From NCBI GenBank assembly GCA_036985995.1, contig BTQS01000001.1, positions 1 through 50,112 of the forward strand: a DNA stretch of 50,112 bases. The letters are read 5' to 3'. The DNA comes from Acidimicrobiia bacterium (GTDB lineage: Bacteria; Actinomycetota; Acidimicrobiia; Spongiisociales; UBA5794). The translations under genes were made by a program, and so were the position numbers. Positions 1 through 10,525 of this stretch are shown piece after piece. Below the pieces are notes generated by a model. It ran no database searches and was not told the origin of the DNA. It worked only from the letters and a program-made list of their open reading frames with translations. The first letter of the stretch is position 1, and each line of letters opens with the position of its first letter.

Positions 1-400
1 AGCGTCCAGCAACGACATGGGGTGCGAGGACCACAACGCTGAGCACAGACCAGGCGACGACCGTCAGCACAAGCGGCGCCTTCCTGGGCCGTCCGGTAGG
101 CGAGGCCACGTAGTACGCATCGGCCGCGGCTCCTATTCGCCAAAGTGCCGCTACCGTGTTGAGACCGAACATTGTCCACAGCACTGATGGGGTCAGAGCG
201 GCCCCGATGAGGTCGGTCGTTCGGGCCCTGGAGGCAACAGTGACTCCGATGGCTGCGATGACCACCGGAGCAAACCACACTGCTGCGCGTCGAAATCTGG
301 CGGCGTACACGTGACCGAGTCCTGGCAGCAAGATGCTGAGCACAGCAGCGAGCCACGGCCGCTTCACCGATAGAACGTGTGCTTCTGCGGTTGTTGCCAT
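1..400 (-). CDS. LytR-CpsA-Psr (LCP) family protein, N-terminal part only (rest lies outside the window)
   Basis: Absent from the ORF track because it runs off the window. My own minus-strand translation from ATG 400..398 gives MATTAEAHVLSVKRPWLAAVLSILLPGLGHVYAARFRRAAVWFAPVVIAAIG... This parallels the membrane anchor of the adjacent LCP protein (AALGAILPGLGHGYLGRWLRAALMFLPFVALL). Only the anchor is visible, so the family call rests on paralogy. Confidence 0.55.
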   Translation of the reverse strand, partial: MATTAEAHVLSVKRPWLAAVLSILLPGLGHVYAARFRRAAVWFAPVVIAAIGVTVASRARTTDLIGAALTPSVLWTMFGLNTVAALWRIGAAADAYYVASPTGRPRKAPLVLTVVAWSVLSVVVLAPHVVAGR

Positions 401-468
401 GGCCCCCTGCGTGTGATGCTTCCCGAAAGCTACCGCAGAATCTGTTTTGTCCGACGCGATCTCGGATG

Positions 469-2106
469 TCAGATCCGACACTCGCTATCGCGCCCGCTCA
501 CGAACTCAGTGTCCGGTTCGGCGTTGAGCACCCAACGCACCATCGCTTGAATCCTGTTGAGGTCGGGCGTCGGCTTGCCCCGGAAGTCGACCTTTGGCGT
601 GTAGTAGGGAGGCACGAACCCGATGGTCGCAATATCGTTGAAATCCAACGAAGCCGCATAGCCGAGGAGCGTCGGAAGGTAGTCGATGTTGATATCTGTC
701 TTGACAGACGCCGCGATGGCTCGCGAGATGGCCGAGAATCGTCGCACAACGGTCGTTGCATCACTCTGGGCGGCTACCGCCTTGAGCAGGCACCGCTGGC
801 GCTCCATCCTCGTGTAGTCCGAGGTTGAACGGCGCTCACGCACGTATGCGAGAGCCTCATGCCCGTTCAGTCTGTTCCATCCGGGACTCAGGTCGATTTC
901 GATCCAGTCCTCACCCTCGCGAACGGGCGACACGTCGGTCTGCACCGAAGATGTCAGATATGCCCGGACTCCACCCAGCGCGTCGACGAGCTGCACGAAC
1001 CCGTTCATGTCGATCATGGCGTAGTAGTCGATTTCGATTCCAAGCATGATCTCGAGCGTGTCTCGCAGGGCGGCAAGCCCCGGATCGACCTCGTTGGGAT
1101 AGGTGTCGTACCACTTTCGCGTGAACGGATAGATCGCGTTGATCTGGTCGGGGAAGCAATTGCACGGTATGAATTGATCGGGTTCCCCATCCCCGTCGTC
1201 GTCAGTCCAGGTTTTCCGTTCATCCCAGGGGATCAAGCGCTTCTCGAGCTCTACGAACGCCGTAGACCACTCATCAGGCAGAGGCACATGCGTCATGTTA
1301 CGCGGGATGCCGAACGCTGCCGCCTTACCGGTGGTCGTGTCGAACGTGGCGACCATGATGCTGTCCGTCCGCTGCCCTGACCTGCCCGGACCTCCATCAC
1401 CTCCGGTGAGAAGGATGGTGATCCGCTCGACACCCTCTGCGTCGGATCCGACAAGCGTACGAAGTGACCGGTCTCCGTACTGCCGAGACTGCGGCGAGCT
1501 CGCGACAGCCTCAGGGTCCCCGACAGCTTCCCGAAATCTGAGGTTGCGGACGGATCCCGGTCGCGCCTCGCGCGGTTGCGTGCGCGGATCCGCCACTTCA
1601 ACAATGGCGCTGTCTCCCGGTGCGAAGGGTGCCGCCACCGGCCCGCTCGGGGACTCCTCGATCACCCGGTCCCCCACCTCGGAATCGGTGACGAACACCT
1701 CATCGAGTAGATGGGCGGCGTCAAGTGTGTACCGAGCGATCAAGACGTGTGGAGCGGCTACTACGACACTCAGAACGGCCACCGTCACCAACGCACCCAC
1801 ACTGTGCTTCCCTCTGGAGATCCGATACGGATCAACAACCGCAACCACACGCCATACCACGACCGCGATATTGGCGATGAGGATCCCGCGTAGGACAGGG
1901 GGTCGCACGAGTATCGCCAGGAGGTCCAACGAGCGCATCCGTAGCGCTACGTATGCAACGGTGAGCAACGCTACGAACGGCAGGAACATCAGTGCCGCCC
2001 GTAGCCATCGTCCCAGATATCCGTGACCGAGTCCGGGAAGAATCGCCCCGAGCGCGGCTGCAAATACCGCGCTTCGCCCGGACCTATCGGTCTCAGCATC
2101 CCCCAT
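469..2106 (-). CDS. LytR-CpsA-Psr (LCP) family cell-envelope phosphotransferase
   Basis: ORF track 469..2121 (550 aa). It has N-terminal TM segments, then an LCP core (ITILLTGGDGGPGRSGQRTDSIMVATFDTTTGKAAAFGIPRNM; GGVRAY; ALAYVRERR). I prefer ATG 2106 because GAGGAGG lies about 6 nt upstream; TTG 2121 is the longest alternative. Confidence 0.85.
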   Translation of the reverse strand: MGDAETDRSGRSAVFAAALGAILPGLGHGYLGRWLRAALMFLPFVALLTVAYVALRMRSLDLLAILVRPPVLRGILIANIAVVVWRVVAVVDPYRISRGKHSVGALVTVAVLSVVVAAPHVLIARYTLDAAHLLDEVFVTDSEVGDRVIEESPSGPVAAPFAPGDSAIVEVADPRTQPREARPGSVRNLRFREAVGDPEAVASSPQSRQYGDRSLRTLVGSDAEGVERITILLTGGDGGPGRSGQRTDSIMVATFDTTTGKAAAFGIPRNMTHVPLPDEWSTAFVELEKRLIPWDERKTWTDDDGDGEPDQFIPCNCFPDQINAIYPFTRKWYDTYPNEVDPGLAALRDTLEIMLGIEIDYYAMIDMNGFVQLVDALGGVRAYLTSSVQTDVSPVREGEDWIEIDLSPGWNRLNGHEALAYVRERRSTSDYTRMERQRCLLKAVAAQSDATTVVRRFSAISRAIAASVKTDINIDYLPTLLGYAASLDFNDIATIGFVPPYYTPKVDFRGKPTPDLNRIQAMVRWVLNAEPDTEFVSGRDSECRI

Positions 2107-2163
2107 GCGCCGCCTCCTCAATACGCACAGGATACGTCACTGCACGATAGGCCTCCAGCCCTT

Positions 2164-2218
2164 CCCCGTTCTTGCGTAACCAAGCCCGCCATGCGAGCTT
2201 GGTTACGCAAGAACGGGG
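2164..2218. promoter_or_regulatory. Perfect 22-bp inverted repeat (stem-loop or operator) in the LCP/typA divergent intergenic region
   Basis: CCCCGTTCTTGCGTAACCAAGC (2164..2185) and GCTTGGTTACGCAAGAACGGGG (2197..2218) are exact reverse complements separated by an 11-nt loop. The repeat ends 38 nt upstream of the typA ATG at 2257. Confidence 0.6.
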
Positions 2219-2256
2219 TGGGAGGATCGACATCTCAACGCGGTAGCCTTCGTTCC

Positions 2257-4077
<1,821 letters not shown>

Positions 4078-4083
4078 TCGCGC

Positions 4084-5163
4084 TCAGCCCATCCCTAACG
4101 CGGCTTTGGTACGCGGCCCAACCAGTCCGTCCACCCACAGCCTCTGATACTTCTGGAATGAGATCACTGCTGACAACGTCAATGGGCCGAAGATGCCGTC
4201 AGATGGGCCGGGTTCAAACCCACGATCTGAAAGGTTGTGCTGAAGCGTTCGGACGTCCTCGCCTCGTGATCCGACGGAAAGAACATCACCCGTCTGATCG
4301 CTGAACTGCAGGCCACTCAATGCTGTCTTCGTTTCGCGCCCTACAAGACCGTCAGCTTCGATGCCGAACTCGGCCTGGAAGGTCAACACCGCGTTCTCTG
4401 TTCGCGGACCGAAGAGCCCGTCGATGCCGCCGACGTCATAGCCGAGGTCATTCAGGGCCTGCTGGAGCACACGCACGTCGTATCCGAACAGGCCTCGTCG
4501 TAGTACGCGAGCTCCGCCAACGAGGGGGTCTCGAGGGCCCTTCCCGACGTCGTTACCACCGGCTGCGACGAGAGCGCGATAAGGGTTCACAACCGTTCCC
4601 GATGGATCGCGCAGTTCGAAATGCAACTGAGACGCAACGTCTTCCGCATTTCCGCTATCACCGACCCACGCGATGTGTTGGCCGGCCGTCACCCGAACAC
4701 CGGGCTTGATCGCCCGTTTGATACCCCAACCCTTACCGTCGTCGGTCCCCGTCGTATCGTTGTCGAGGTGGATGTACCAGCTCTCCCACCCATCGTCGTG
4801 GCGGATGACCAGAGTACAGCAGCGTTCAGGGTTCATGTCGTTCGGATCGCTGCTCCAGTTGACGAGCCGCACGACACCGTCCGCTACGGCTACGACCGGC
4901 GTCATCTTGTCTGCCAGGATGTCTTGGCCGACATGAAATCCGCCGAAACGCCCGGCCCAGAAGGTATCGGAGAAGTGGTGCTCGCCTTCGACAGGGAAAA
5001 CGAGCGGATAGTCGACAGGCTCACCGAGCTCGGCAGCCAGGGCCGAGCCCACGAGCATAGTCACCAGCATCAGGATGATCGCGAGGGGGACGGTCGCGAT
5101 GCGGCGATATCTCATACCGCTGTTATCGGCTGACGGCTCTCCCACATGAGCGAATGGGAGCAT
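4084..5163 (-). CDS. M23 family metallopeptidase with two C-terminal peptidoglycan-binding (PGBD-like) repeats
   Basis: 359-aa ORF with a signal anchor (IATVPLAIILMLVTMLVGSALA). M23 motifs are HVGQDI and VGDSGNAEDVASQLHFEL. There are two LxxLGY..G.DG.FGP.T..A...FQ repeats. An alternative start is ATG 5115. Confidence 0.9.
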   Translation of the reverse strand: MLPFAHVGEPSADNSGMRYRRIATVPLAIILMLVTMLVGSALAAELGEPVDYPLVFPVEGEHHFSDTFWAGRFGGFHVGQDILADKMTPVVAVADGVVRLVNWSSDPNDMNPERCCTLVIRHDDGWESWYIHLDNDTTGTDDGKGWGIKRAIKPGVRVTAGQHIAWVGDSGNAEDVASQLHFELRDPSGTVVNPYRALVAAGGNDVGKGPRDPLVGGARVLRRGLFGYDVRVLQQALNDLGYDVGGIDGLFGPRTENAVLTFQAEFGIEADGLVGRETKTALSGLQFSDQTGDVLSVGSRGEDVRTLQHNLSDRGFEPGPSDGIFGPLTLSAVISFQKYQRLWVDGLVGPRTKAALGMG

Positions 5164-5170
5164 GGCCGGA

Positions 5171-6076
5171 TCAGGGGGCTCCGATCACCCGGGGATTCGG
5201 GTCGGTGACCCACTCACCGACAGCCTCATCTACCGTGATGTTTGCCGCCTTGATCACGTCGAGAAACCAGTCGTCTACAGCCGTTGCCATTCGCGACTGC
5301 TCCAGGTACTGTCGGACCTCCTCGTCGGTTGCCTCGGTTCGGTCCGTTACGAGGATGAGGTGGTAGCCGAACTCGGTCGCAACCGGTTCCGTGACGACAC
5401 CGATCTCCGCCGACATCGTCGCCTCAGCAAAGGGCCCTACATACTCGGACGGTGACGCGCAGCCGAGGTCGCCACCGGTCGCAGCGGAGCCGGTATCGAG
5501 CGAGAGCTCTGCGGCCAGATCAGCAAACCCCTCGCCGGCATCGAGCCGCGCCTTGCCTGCGACAGCCTCCTCCTCGGTTGCCACAAGGATGTGGGATGCG
5601 CACACCTGGGTCCAATCGAGCATGAATTCGGCGATCTCGTTGGCAACGTCATCATCCGTCACCGGGTCGGTGGTACCGGAAAGTTCAGCCTGAATCGCGT
5701 CCTGCAGGATCAGCTGACGAGCGAAATTTCTGATCCCGGACTCCGAAGCATTCACGGCCTCGAGATAGTCATCCAGCTCAGCGCTCGGGTCGAACTCGGT
5801 GACAAGCTGTACAACCCGATCATCGACCTGACCTTCGGCAACTTCCAAGCCGAGGCGCCCTGCGGCCGCTTGTTCTGCGGCCTCCCATTGGATGACGACG
5901 CTGAGGTAGGTAGCGAAATCTGTTGTCGTGAATCCGCTCCCGGCGTCCCTCACCATCGACTCGACCTTCGCCCTCGAGACATCCACACCGTTCACCGATG
6001 CCACGACCTCGCTCGAACCGCTACAGGCCGCGAGGAGGATGGTGAGAGCACCGGCTGCAACAACGATCTTCTTCAT
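5171..6076 (-). CDS. Parvulin-type peptidyl-prolyl isomerase lipoprotein (PrsA/SurA-like)
   Basis: ORF track 5171..6130. The lipobox start MKKIVVAAGALTILLAACSG lies at ATG 6076 with GAAGG upstream. PpiC domain: ASHILVATEEEA...GGDLGC...FGYHLILV. Confidence 0.85.
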   Translation of the reverse strand: MKKIVVAAGALTILLAACSGSSEVVASVNGVDVSRAKVESMVRDAGSGFTTTDFATYLSVVIQWEAAEQAAAGRLGLEVAEGQVDDRVVQLVTEFDPSAELDDYLEAVNASESGIRNFARQLILQDAIQAELSGTTDPVTDDDVANEIAEFMLDWTQVCASHILVATEEEAVAGKARLDAGEGFADLAAELSLDTGSAATGGDLGCASPSEYVGPFAEATMSAEIGVVTEPVATEFGYHLILVTDRTEATDEEVRQYLEQSRMATAVDDWFLDVIKAANITVDEAVGEWVTDPNPRVIGAP

Positions 6077-6211
6077 GTAGACCTTCTCTGGAGTCCGCTT
6101 GAGGCTATTGCTGATAGCTGGATACCTCACACCGTGGCACAGGAGAAGGCAGTGGGTACCGCTCTTCTATCCTCGGGCACGTAAATCGATTCCGATCTCT
6201 GAGAAGGTGCC

Positions 6212-8545
6212 GTGAGCGAACACGACGACGAACAACACCGGTACCTCGACATCGACCTCGAGGTTCTCGGCACGATAGAGGACAGGCTGCGCTGGCTGTC
6301 GGTTCGCATGATCGACCATGCGAACCATCGAGGCGACACCCAGGTAAAGGTCGGAGGACATCAGGCATCGTCGGCTTCCATGACCTCGATCATGACGGCC
6401 CTGTGGTTCGCCCACATCAACGGAGACGACAAAGTTGCTGTGAAACCGCACGCCGCCCCCTTGTTCCACGCGATCAAGTACCTCACGGGAGAGCTCGACG
6501 GGTCGTATCTGACGAGACTCCGCGAGCGCGGGGGCCTTCAGGCGTATCCGTCAAGGACGAAGGACCCCGACGTCTCGGACTTCTCTACCGGTTCTGTCGG
6601 CCTCGGTGCCGTGGCACCACTCTTCTCCGCCGCGACGCGACGGTTCGTCGACGATCACTTCGGGCGAACACGCACGGCGAGGTTCATCGCGATCGCAGGC
6701 GATGCAGAGCTCGACGAGGGCAACGTGTGGGAGGCCATTGCGGACCCTGCGCTCCAGGGCCTCGGCAATGTCATGCTGATCATCGATCTGAACCGGCAGA
6801 GCCTCGACCGGATCATCCCGGGCATTCAGGCGTATCGCGTGATGGAGTTCTTTCGAAACGCCGGATGGCACGTCGTTGAGGCGAAGTACGGGACAAGGCT
6901 GCAAGCCGCATTCTCACAACCCGGCGGCGGTGCGTTGAGACAACACATCGACGACATGTCGAATGAGGAATATCAAAGCCTTTTCGCATACCAAGGTATG
7001 GAGCTCCGCACGCGGTTCCTTGCAAACGCACGAGAGGGTGTCTCGGAATCGATCACAGATCTCCCCGACGACGAGCTGTCGTCGGTGATCCACAACCTCG
7101 GAGGGCACGACCCGGCTGTTCTCGTCGATGCCTACCGCCAATGCGACAACGTACTCGATCGTCCCTCTGTCGTGTTCGCCTACACCATCAAGGGCTACGG
7201 GCTACCGATCGTCGGTGATCCTTTCAACCACAGTACGCTGCTTTCGCGCCAACAGATCGACGACCTCCGCGAGAAGAGCGGACTCACCGTCAAGACCGAG
7301 TGGGACCGCTTCGACACACACTCAGCCGCCGGCCGTTTGTGTGACAGGATCGGTGCCGAGCTAAACAACACACCTCCTCCGCCAAGACCGCGCATCGACG
7401 TGCCGACCCGGTCCGCAGCACGACACAAACCAGCAACCTCGACACAAGAGGCGTTCGGAAGGATCCTCGTCGACCTCGGCAAGGATGCGTCGTTGGCTCA
7501 ACGGATCGTCACAGTGTCACCTGACGTCTCGGTATCCACGAACCTCGGTGGGTGGATCAATGCGCATGGCGTCTACGCATCGACGGAGAAACACAACTAC
7601 TTCGAGCAGGATCGTTTGCTCCAATGGGATCCGAATCCGAACGGCAGACACATCGAACTCGGGATCTCGGAGATGAACCTGTTCTTGATGTTGGGGCAAC
7701 TCGGGCTCGCCCACGAGCACCACGGCGAGATGCTGATCCCTATTGGAACTGTGTACGACCCGTTCGTGCTGCGTGGTTTGGATGCTCTCATCTATTCGCT
7801 GTACAACGGAGCGCGGTTCATCGTTGCTGGTACACCGGCAGGGATCACGCTTGCGCCCGAGGGTGGCGCCCATCAGTCGAGCATCACGCCCTCGGTGGCG
7901 CTCGAACTTCCGGGCATCACACAGGCAGAACCGGCGTTCGCGACCGCCGTCGACTGGTTGTTGACTGACGGAATCTCTGGCTTGACGGACCGCGAAAGCC
8001 TGTATCTGAGGCTGTCAACGCGGCCGATCTCACAGCGTCCCTTCACCGACGCGACGGCTCGTGTCGGTGAGCGCGAGGTTCGCACCGACGTGCTCCGGGG
8101 TGGATATCGGCTGCGCGAGCCGGGAGCCGGCGTCCCGCTCGTGCTCGCTGCCTCCGGGCCCGTGATCCCGGAGGTACTCGCAGCGGCCGACATACTCGAG
8201 AGTGAGGGGGTTGCGGCCACGGTCATCGATGTCACCAGTCTCGACCGATTGTACCGCGGCTGGACACAGTGCCTCTTGGAGGCCGCGGAGTCTGCCAGCG
8301 TCCCTGAGGGAGCAGGACAGATCGAGCGATTGATCCTTCCCAGCGAGAGAACCGCCCCCATCGTCACCGTCCACGACGCTGCGACCCATGCAATGGCCTG
8401 GCTTGGGTCTGTGTTTGGGCAGCGCGTGGTACCTATCGGTGTGGACCGGTTCGGTGAGTCCGGATCCATCGCCGAGTTGTATGAGGCCTTTGGCCTGCTG
8501 CCGGAGCAGATAGCCACCGCCGCTCTCGTAGCGCTCGAAAGTTGA
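6212..8545 (+). CDS. AceE-like thiamine-diphosphate-dependent 2-oxoacid dehydrogenase E1 / transketolase-like enzyme (short paralogue)
   Basis: 777 aa with a GTG start. The N-terminus parallels AceE (LRWLSVRMIDHANHR..GGHQASSASM versus IRWNAAAMVIRANQ..GGHLSTFASS). ThDP motif: GDAELDEGNVWEA...LIIDLNRQSLD. It is about 125 aa shorter than the aceE at 11661. Confidence 0.75.
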   Translation: MSEHDDEQHRYLDIDLEVLGTIEDRLRWLSVRMIDHANHRGDTQVKVGGHQASSASMTSIMTALWFAHINGDDKVAVKPHAAPLFHAIKYLTGELDGSYLTRLRERGGLQAYPSRTKDPDVSDFSTGSVGLGAVAPLFSAATRRFVDDHFGRTRTARFIAIAGDAELDEGNVWEAIADPALQGLGNVMLIIDLNRQSLDRIIPGIQAYRVMEFFRNAGWHVVEAKYGTRLQAAFSQPGGGALRQHIDDMSNEEYQSLFAYQGMELRTRFLANAREGVSESITDLPDDELSSVIHNLGGHDPAVLVDAYRQCDNVLDRPSVVFAYTIKGYGLPIVGDPFNHSTLLSRQQIDDLREKSGLTVKTEWDRFDTHSAAGRLCDRIGAELNNTPPPPRPRIDVPTRSAARHKPATSTQEAFGRILVDLGKDASLAQRIVTVSPDVSVSTNLGGWINAHGVYASTEKHNYFEQDRLLQWDPNPNGRHIELGISEMNLFLMLGQLGLAHEHHGEMLIPIGTVYDPFVLRGLDALIYSLYNGARFIVAGTPAGITLAPEGGAHQSSITPSVALELPGITQAEPAFATAVDWLLTDGISGLTDRESLYLRLSTRPISQRPFTDATARVGEREVRTDVLRGGYRLREPGAGVPLVLAASGPVIPEVLAAADILESEGVAATVIDVTSLDRLYRGWTQCLLEAAESASVPEGAGQIERLILPSERTAPIVTVHDAATHAMAWLGSVFGQRVVPIGVDRFGESGSIAELYEAFGLLPEQIATAALVALES

Positions 8546-8554
8546 CAATCGACA

Positions 8555-8850
8555 GTTCCCCTTTGAAAGAAGGACCGTATTGTTGGGCCTCTTCCGTTCT
8601 CCCTCGAGGGAGGACGGGCGAACGTAGTGAGCCTGGAGGGTGTTGCAAGGCTTATGCCCCTTGGCTTGGTGATCCCCCTGCATCGGAGCTGCGCTCCTCT
8701 GCCGTCCCCCTTGAAAGGTGGACAGATCTGTCCGCGATTCCTCGGTGACGAACCGCGAAGTGAGTCAGGGGGGTCTGCGAGCCTGCGAGCGCGGAGGGGC
8801 TGGAGATTTCGTGGTGGTTCGGAGCCCCCTGCATCGTCGCTGACGCTCCC
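8555..8850. repeat. Composite double-hairpin intergenic repeat, locus 1 (about two tandem units, partly decayed)
   Basis: 8671..8725 matches 24420..24475 (GATCCCCCTGCATCG...GCGCTCCTCTGCCGTCCCCCTTGAAAGGTGGACAG). 8769..8790 is identical to 24385..24406, and 8825..8840 is identical to 24423..24438. Degenerate hairpins sit at 8555..8575 and 8596..8615. Confidence 0.8.
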
Positions 8851-8973
8851 CACCTGCAGCTCGCCGACCCATCAGGTAGGGTGATAGATGCGGAATGTGG
8901 CGAGCTGACACCATCGGGTGAATTTGCACAGCACAAAGCCGTGGGCTTGCTGGGTGCGAGAAGGAGTGCGGTT

Positions 8974-9537
8974 ATGCGGATGAGCCGACTTTCGGTGGCT
9001 GTGGTCGCTGGTGGCGTCCTGATCGCGGCCTGCAGCAACGGAACGACAGCCACGACAATCCCTTCAACCAGCAGCACCGCCACCACCACTATTCAGGCGA
9101 CCACGACAACCACGACGACGACGACACAGCCCACGACGACGAGCGTCGCACCGCAGCACGCACCAGCAACAGCGACAATCGTCGTTGTTCAGCAAGATCT
9201 CGAAGCTCTCGGTTACTTCGACGGCACGATCGACGGTATTACAGGCGAGATCACGAAAGCTGCGATTTCAGCGTTCCAAGCAGACGCAGGCATCGAGATA
9301 GACGGAATCTTCGGCCCGCAGACAGACGCAGCTCTGTCGGCGGCTCTCAAAAGGAATGAGGAGTATGTCACCGAACTCCAAGAGTTCCTCGTCGAGAAGA
9401 AGCTCTATCCGGGACCGATCGACGGTGACTACGGTAAGGGCACCAAGCGAGGCGTCGAGGCGTTCCAGAAGTCGTGCGAGATCGAAGAGACGGGAGAGCT
9501 CGATATAGCCACCCGTCTGTGCGTGGCAGGTCTGTAG
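8974..9537 (+). CDS. Secreted lipoprotein with Thr-rich linker and two peptidoglycan-binding domains
   Basis: ORF track 8881..9537. AAGGAG at 8961..8966 precedes ATG 8974. Lipobox: MRMSRLSVAVVAGGVLIAACSNG. Two PGBD-like repeats are present (LEALGYFDGTIDGITG..FQ and LVEKKLYPGPIDGDYGKGT..FQ). Confidence 0.8.
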   Translation: MRMSRLSVAVVAGGVLIAACSNGTTATTIPSTSSTATTTIQATTTTTTTTTQPTTTSVAPQHAPATATIVVVQQDLEALGYFDGTIDGITGEITKAAISAFQADAGIEIDGIFGPQTDAALSAALKRNEEYVTELQEFLVEKKLYPGPIDGDYGKGTKRGVEAFQKSCEIEETGELDIATRLCVAGL

Positions 9538-9671
9538 TCGAAGGGCTCAAGAAGTTCGCAGTTCCCAGTCTCCAATCAGAGCTCTTCTGTGAGCTGACAA
9601 CCACAACCGTCTTGGAGAGACGCCCCCAATGCGGCGCTATCAACGGGTCTCGCAGTGATACGAAAGGCACC

Positions 9672-10172
9672 ATGACACTCGACTCCGAACTGATCAACAA
9701 GGTGACCTGGAAGATTCCGAACGCACTTGCCCTCGTCGGCTCGCGATCAGGCGACGAGTGGAACGCCATGACCACGTCGTGGATCACACAGGTGGCCCAG
9801 GAGCCAGTTCTCATCGGAATCGGTGTGGACAAGGAGTCCGTTACACACCGTCTCATAAATGACGGCGGATCCTTCACCGTCAACCTCTGGGACGCATCCA
9901 ACACCAGGCCGTTCGTCAAGTTCTCGAAACCTGCAACGAAGGACGGCATGACGCTCAACGGATGGCCCATAACAGAGGGCCCCTCGGGTGCACCCGTGTT
10001 CGAAGATGCGATCGTATGGATGGATTGCGTGGTCCGCAATGCCGTGGACTGCGGAAGCCACACCTTCTTCGTCGGCGAGCTGGTTGGTGCCGATATCAAC
10101 GATGACGAAGCAACCCCGGCGTCGATGTCAGACACGCGGATGAAATACGGGGGAACCCGTCGAGGACACTGA
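9672..10172 (+). CDS. Flavin reductase-like FMN-binding domain protein
   Basis: ORF track 9474..10172, with an internal ATG at 9672 (MTLDSELINK). Flavin_Reduct-like pattern: ALVGSRSGDEWNAMTTSWITQVAQEPVLIGIGV...SHTFFVGELVG. Confidence 0.8.
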   Translation: MTLDSELINKVTWKIPNALALVGSRSGDEWNAMTTSWITQVAQEPVLIGIGVDKESVTHRLINDGGSFTVNLWDASNTRPFVKFSKPATKDGMTLNGWPITEGPSGAPVFEDAIVWMDCVVRNAVDCGSHTFFVGELVGADINDDEATPASMSDTRMKYGGTRRGH

Positions 10173-10237
10173 CGCGACAGGCGAAGAACGACAGTGGACC
10201 CACAGGCTGCTTGGGCATGTCGTCGGTGAGCGAGCGA

Positions 10238-10525
10238 TCAGCTTCCTTCGCCGAGCTGCCACAGCAACGTGTAGGGATAGATCCCCGTCGCATGACCATC
10301 AGGCGAAAACGTGAGGCTGATCGCGTACGCGCCAACGATCCCGACTTCGAGGATCTTTGTCGTCTCCGGATTCGCCGACGGACGCGACGAAGGTGCATTT
10401 CCACAACTTGCGCAGGGACATGCGTCACGCAGCATCGCAGCGGATAGGCGATCCTGTCGGCCGTCATCCCATGTTACAACGAGCGACGTACCGCCCTCGA
10501 GCTCGATCGTGCGTGGCTCGCGCAT
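10238..10525 (-). CDS. DUF971 family protein (gamma-butyrobetaine hydroxylase-like N-terminal domain)
   Basis: 95 aa. LVVTWDDGRQDRLSAAMLRDACPCASC ... SPDGHATGIYPYTLL fits the DUF971 pattern as I recall it. Confidence 0.7.
   Translation of the reverse strand: MREPRTIELEGGTSLVVTWDDGRQDRLSAAMLRDACPCASCGNAPSSRPSANPETTKILEVGIVGAYAISLTFSPDGHATGIYPYTLLWQLGEGS

Noticed and set aside
2023-2256. 78-codon N-terminal extension of the typA ORF
   Set aside because: The extension overlaps the divergent LCP start and the 22-bp hairpin. It has Pro/Arg-rich composition, and TypA homologues begin close to the G1 motif.
7873-8853. 326-aa minus-strand ORF spanning the end of the AceE-like gene and repeat locus 1
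   Set aside because: It lies antisense to a well-supported CDS and runs through non-coding repeats. The composition is Ser/Arg/Pro-rich.
8546-8860. Possible CRISPR array suggested by recurring GC-rich palindromic units
   Set aside because: There is no regular repeat-spacer periodicity. The units are heterogeneous modules, the copies are dispersed kilobases apart, and no cas genes are present in the window.
9043-9150. Thr-rich low-complexity tract (similar tracts lie at about 29150..29230 and 19050..19140)
   Set aside because: These are linker regions following lipoboxes in three secreted lipoproteins, a common actinobacterial feature and possibly O-glycosylated. They are not independent repeat elements.
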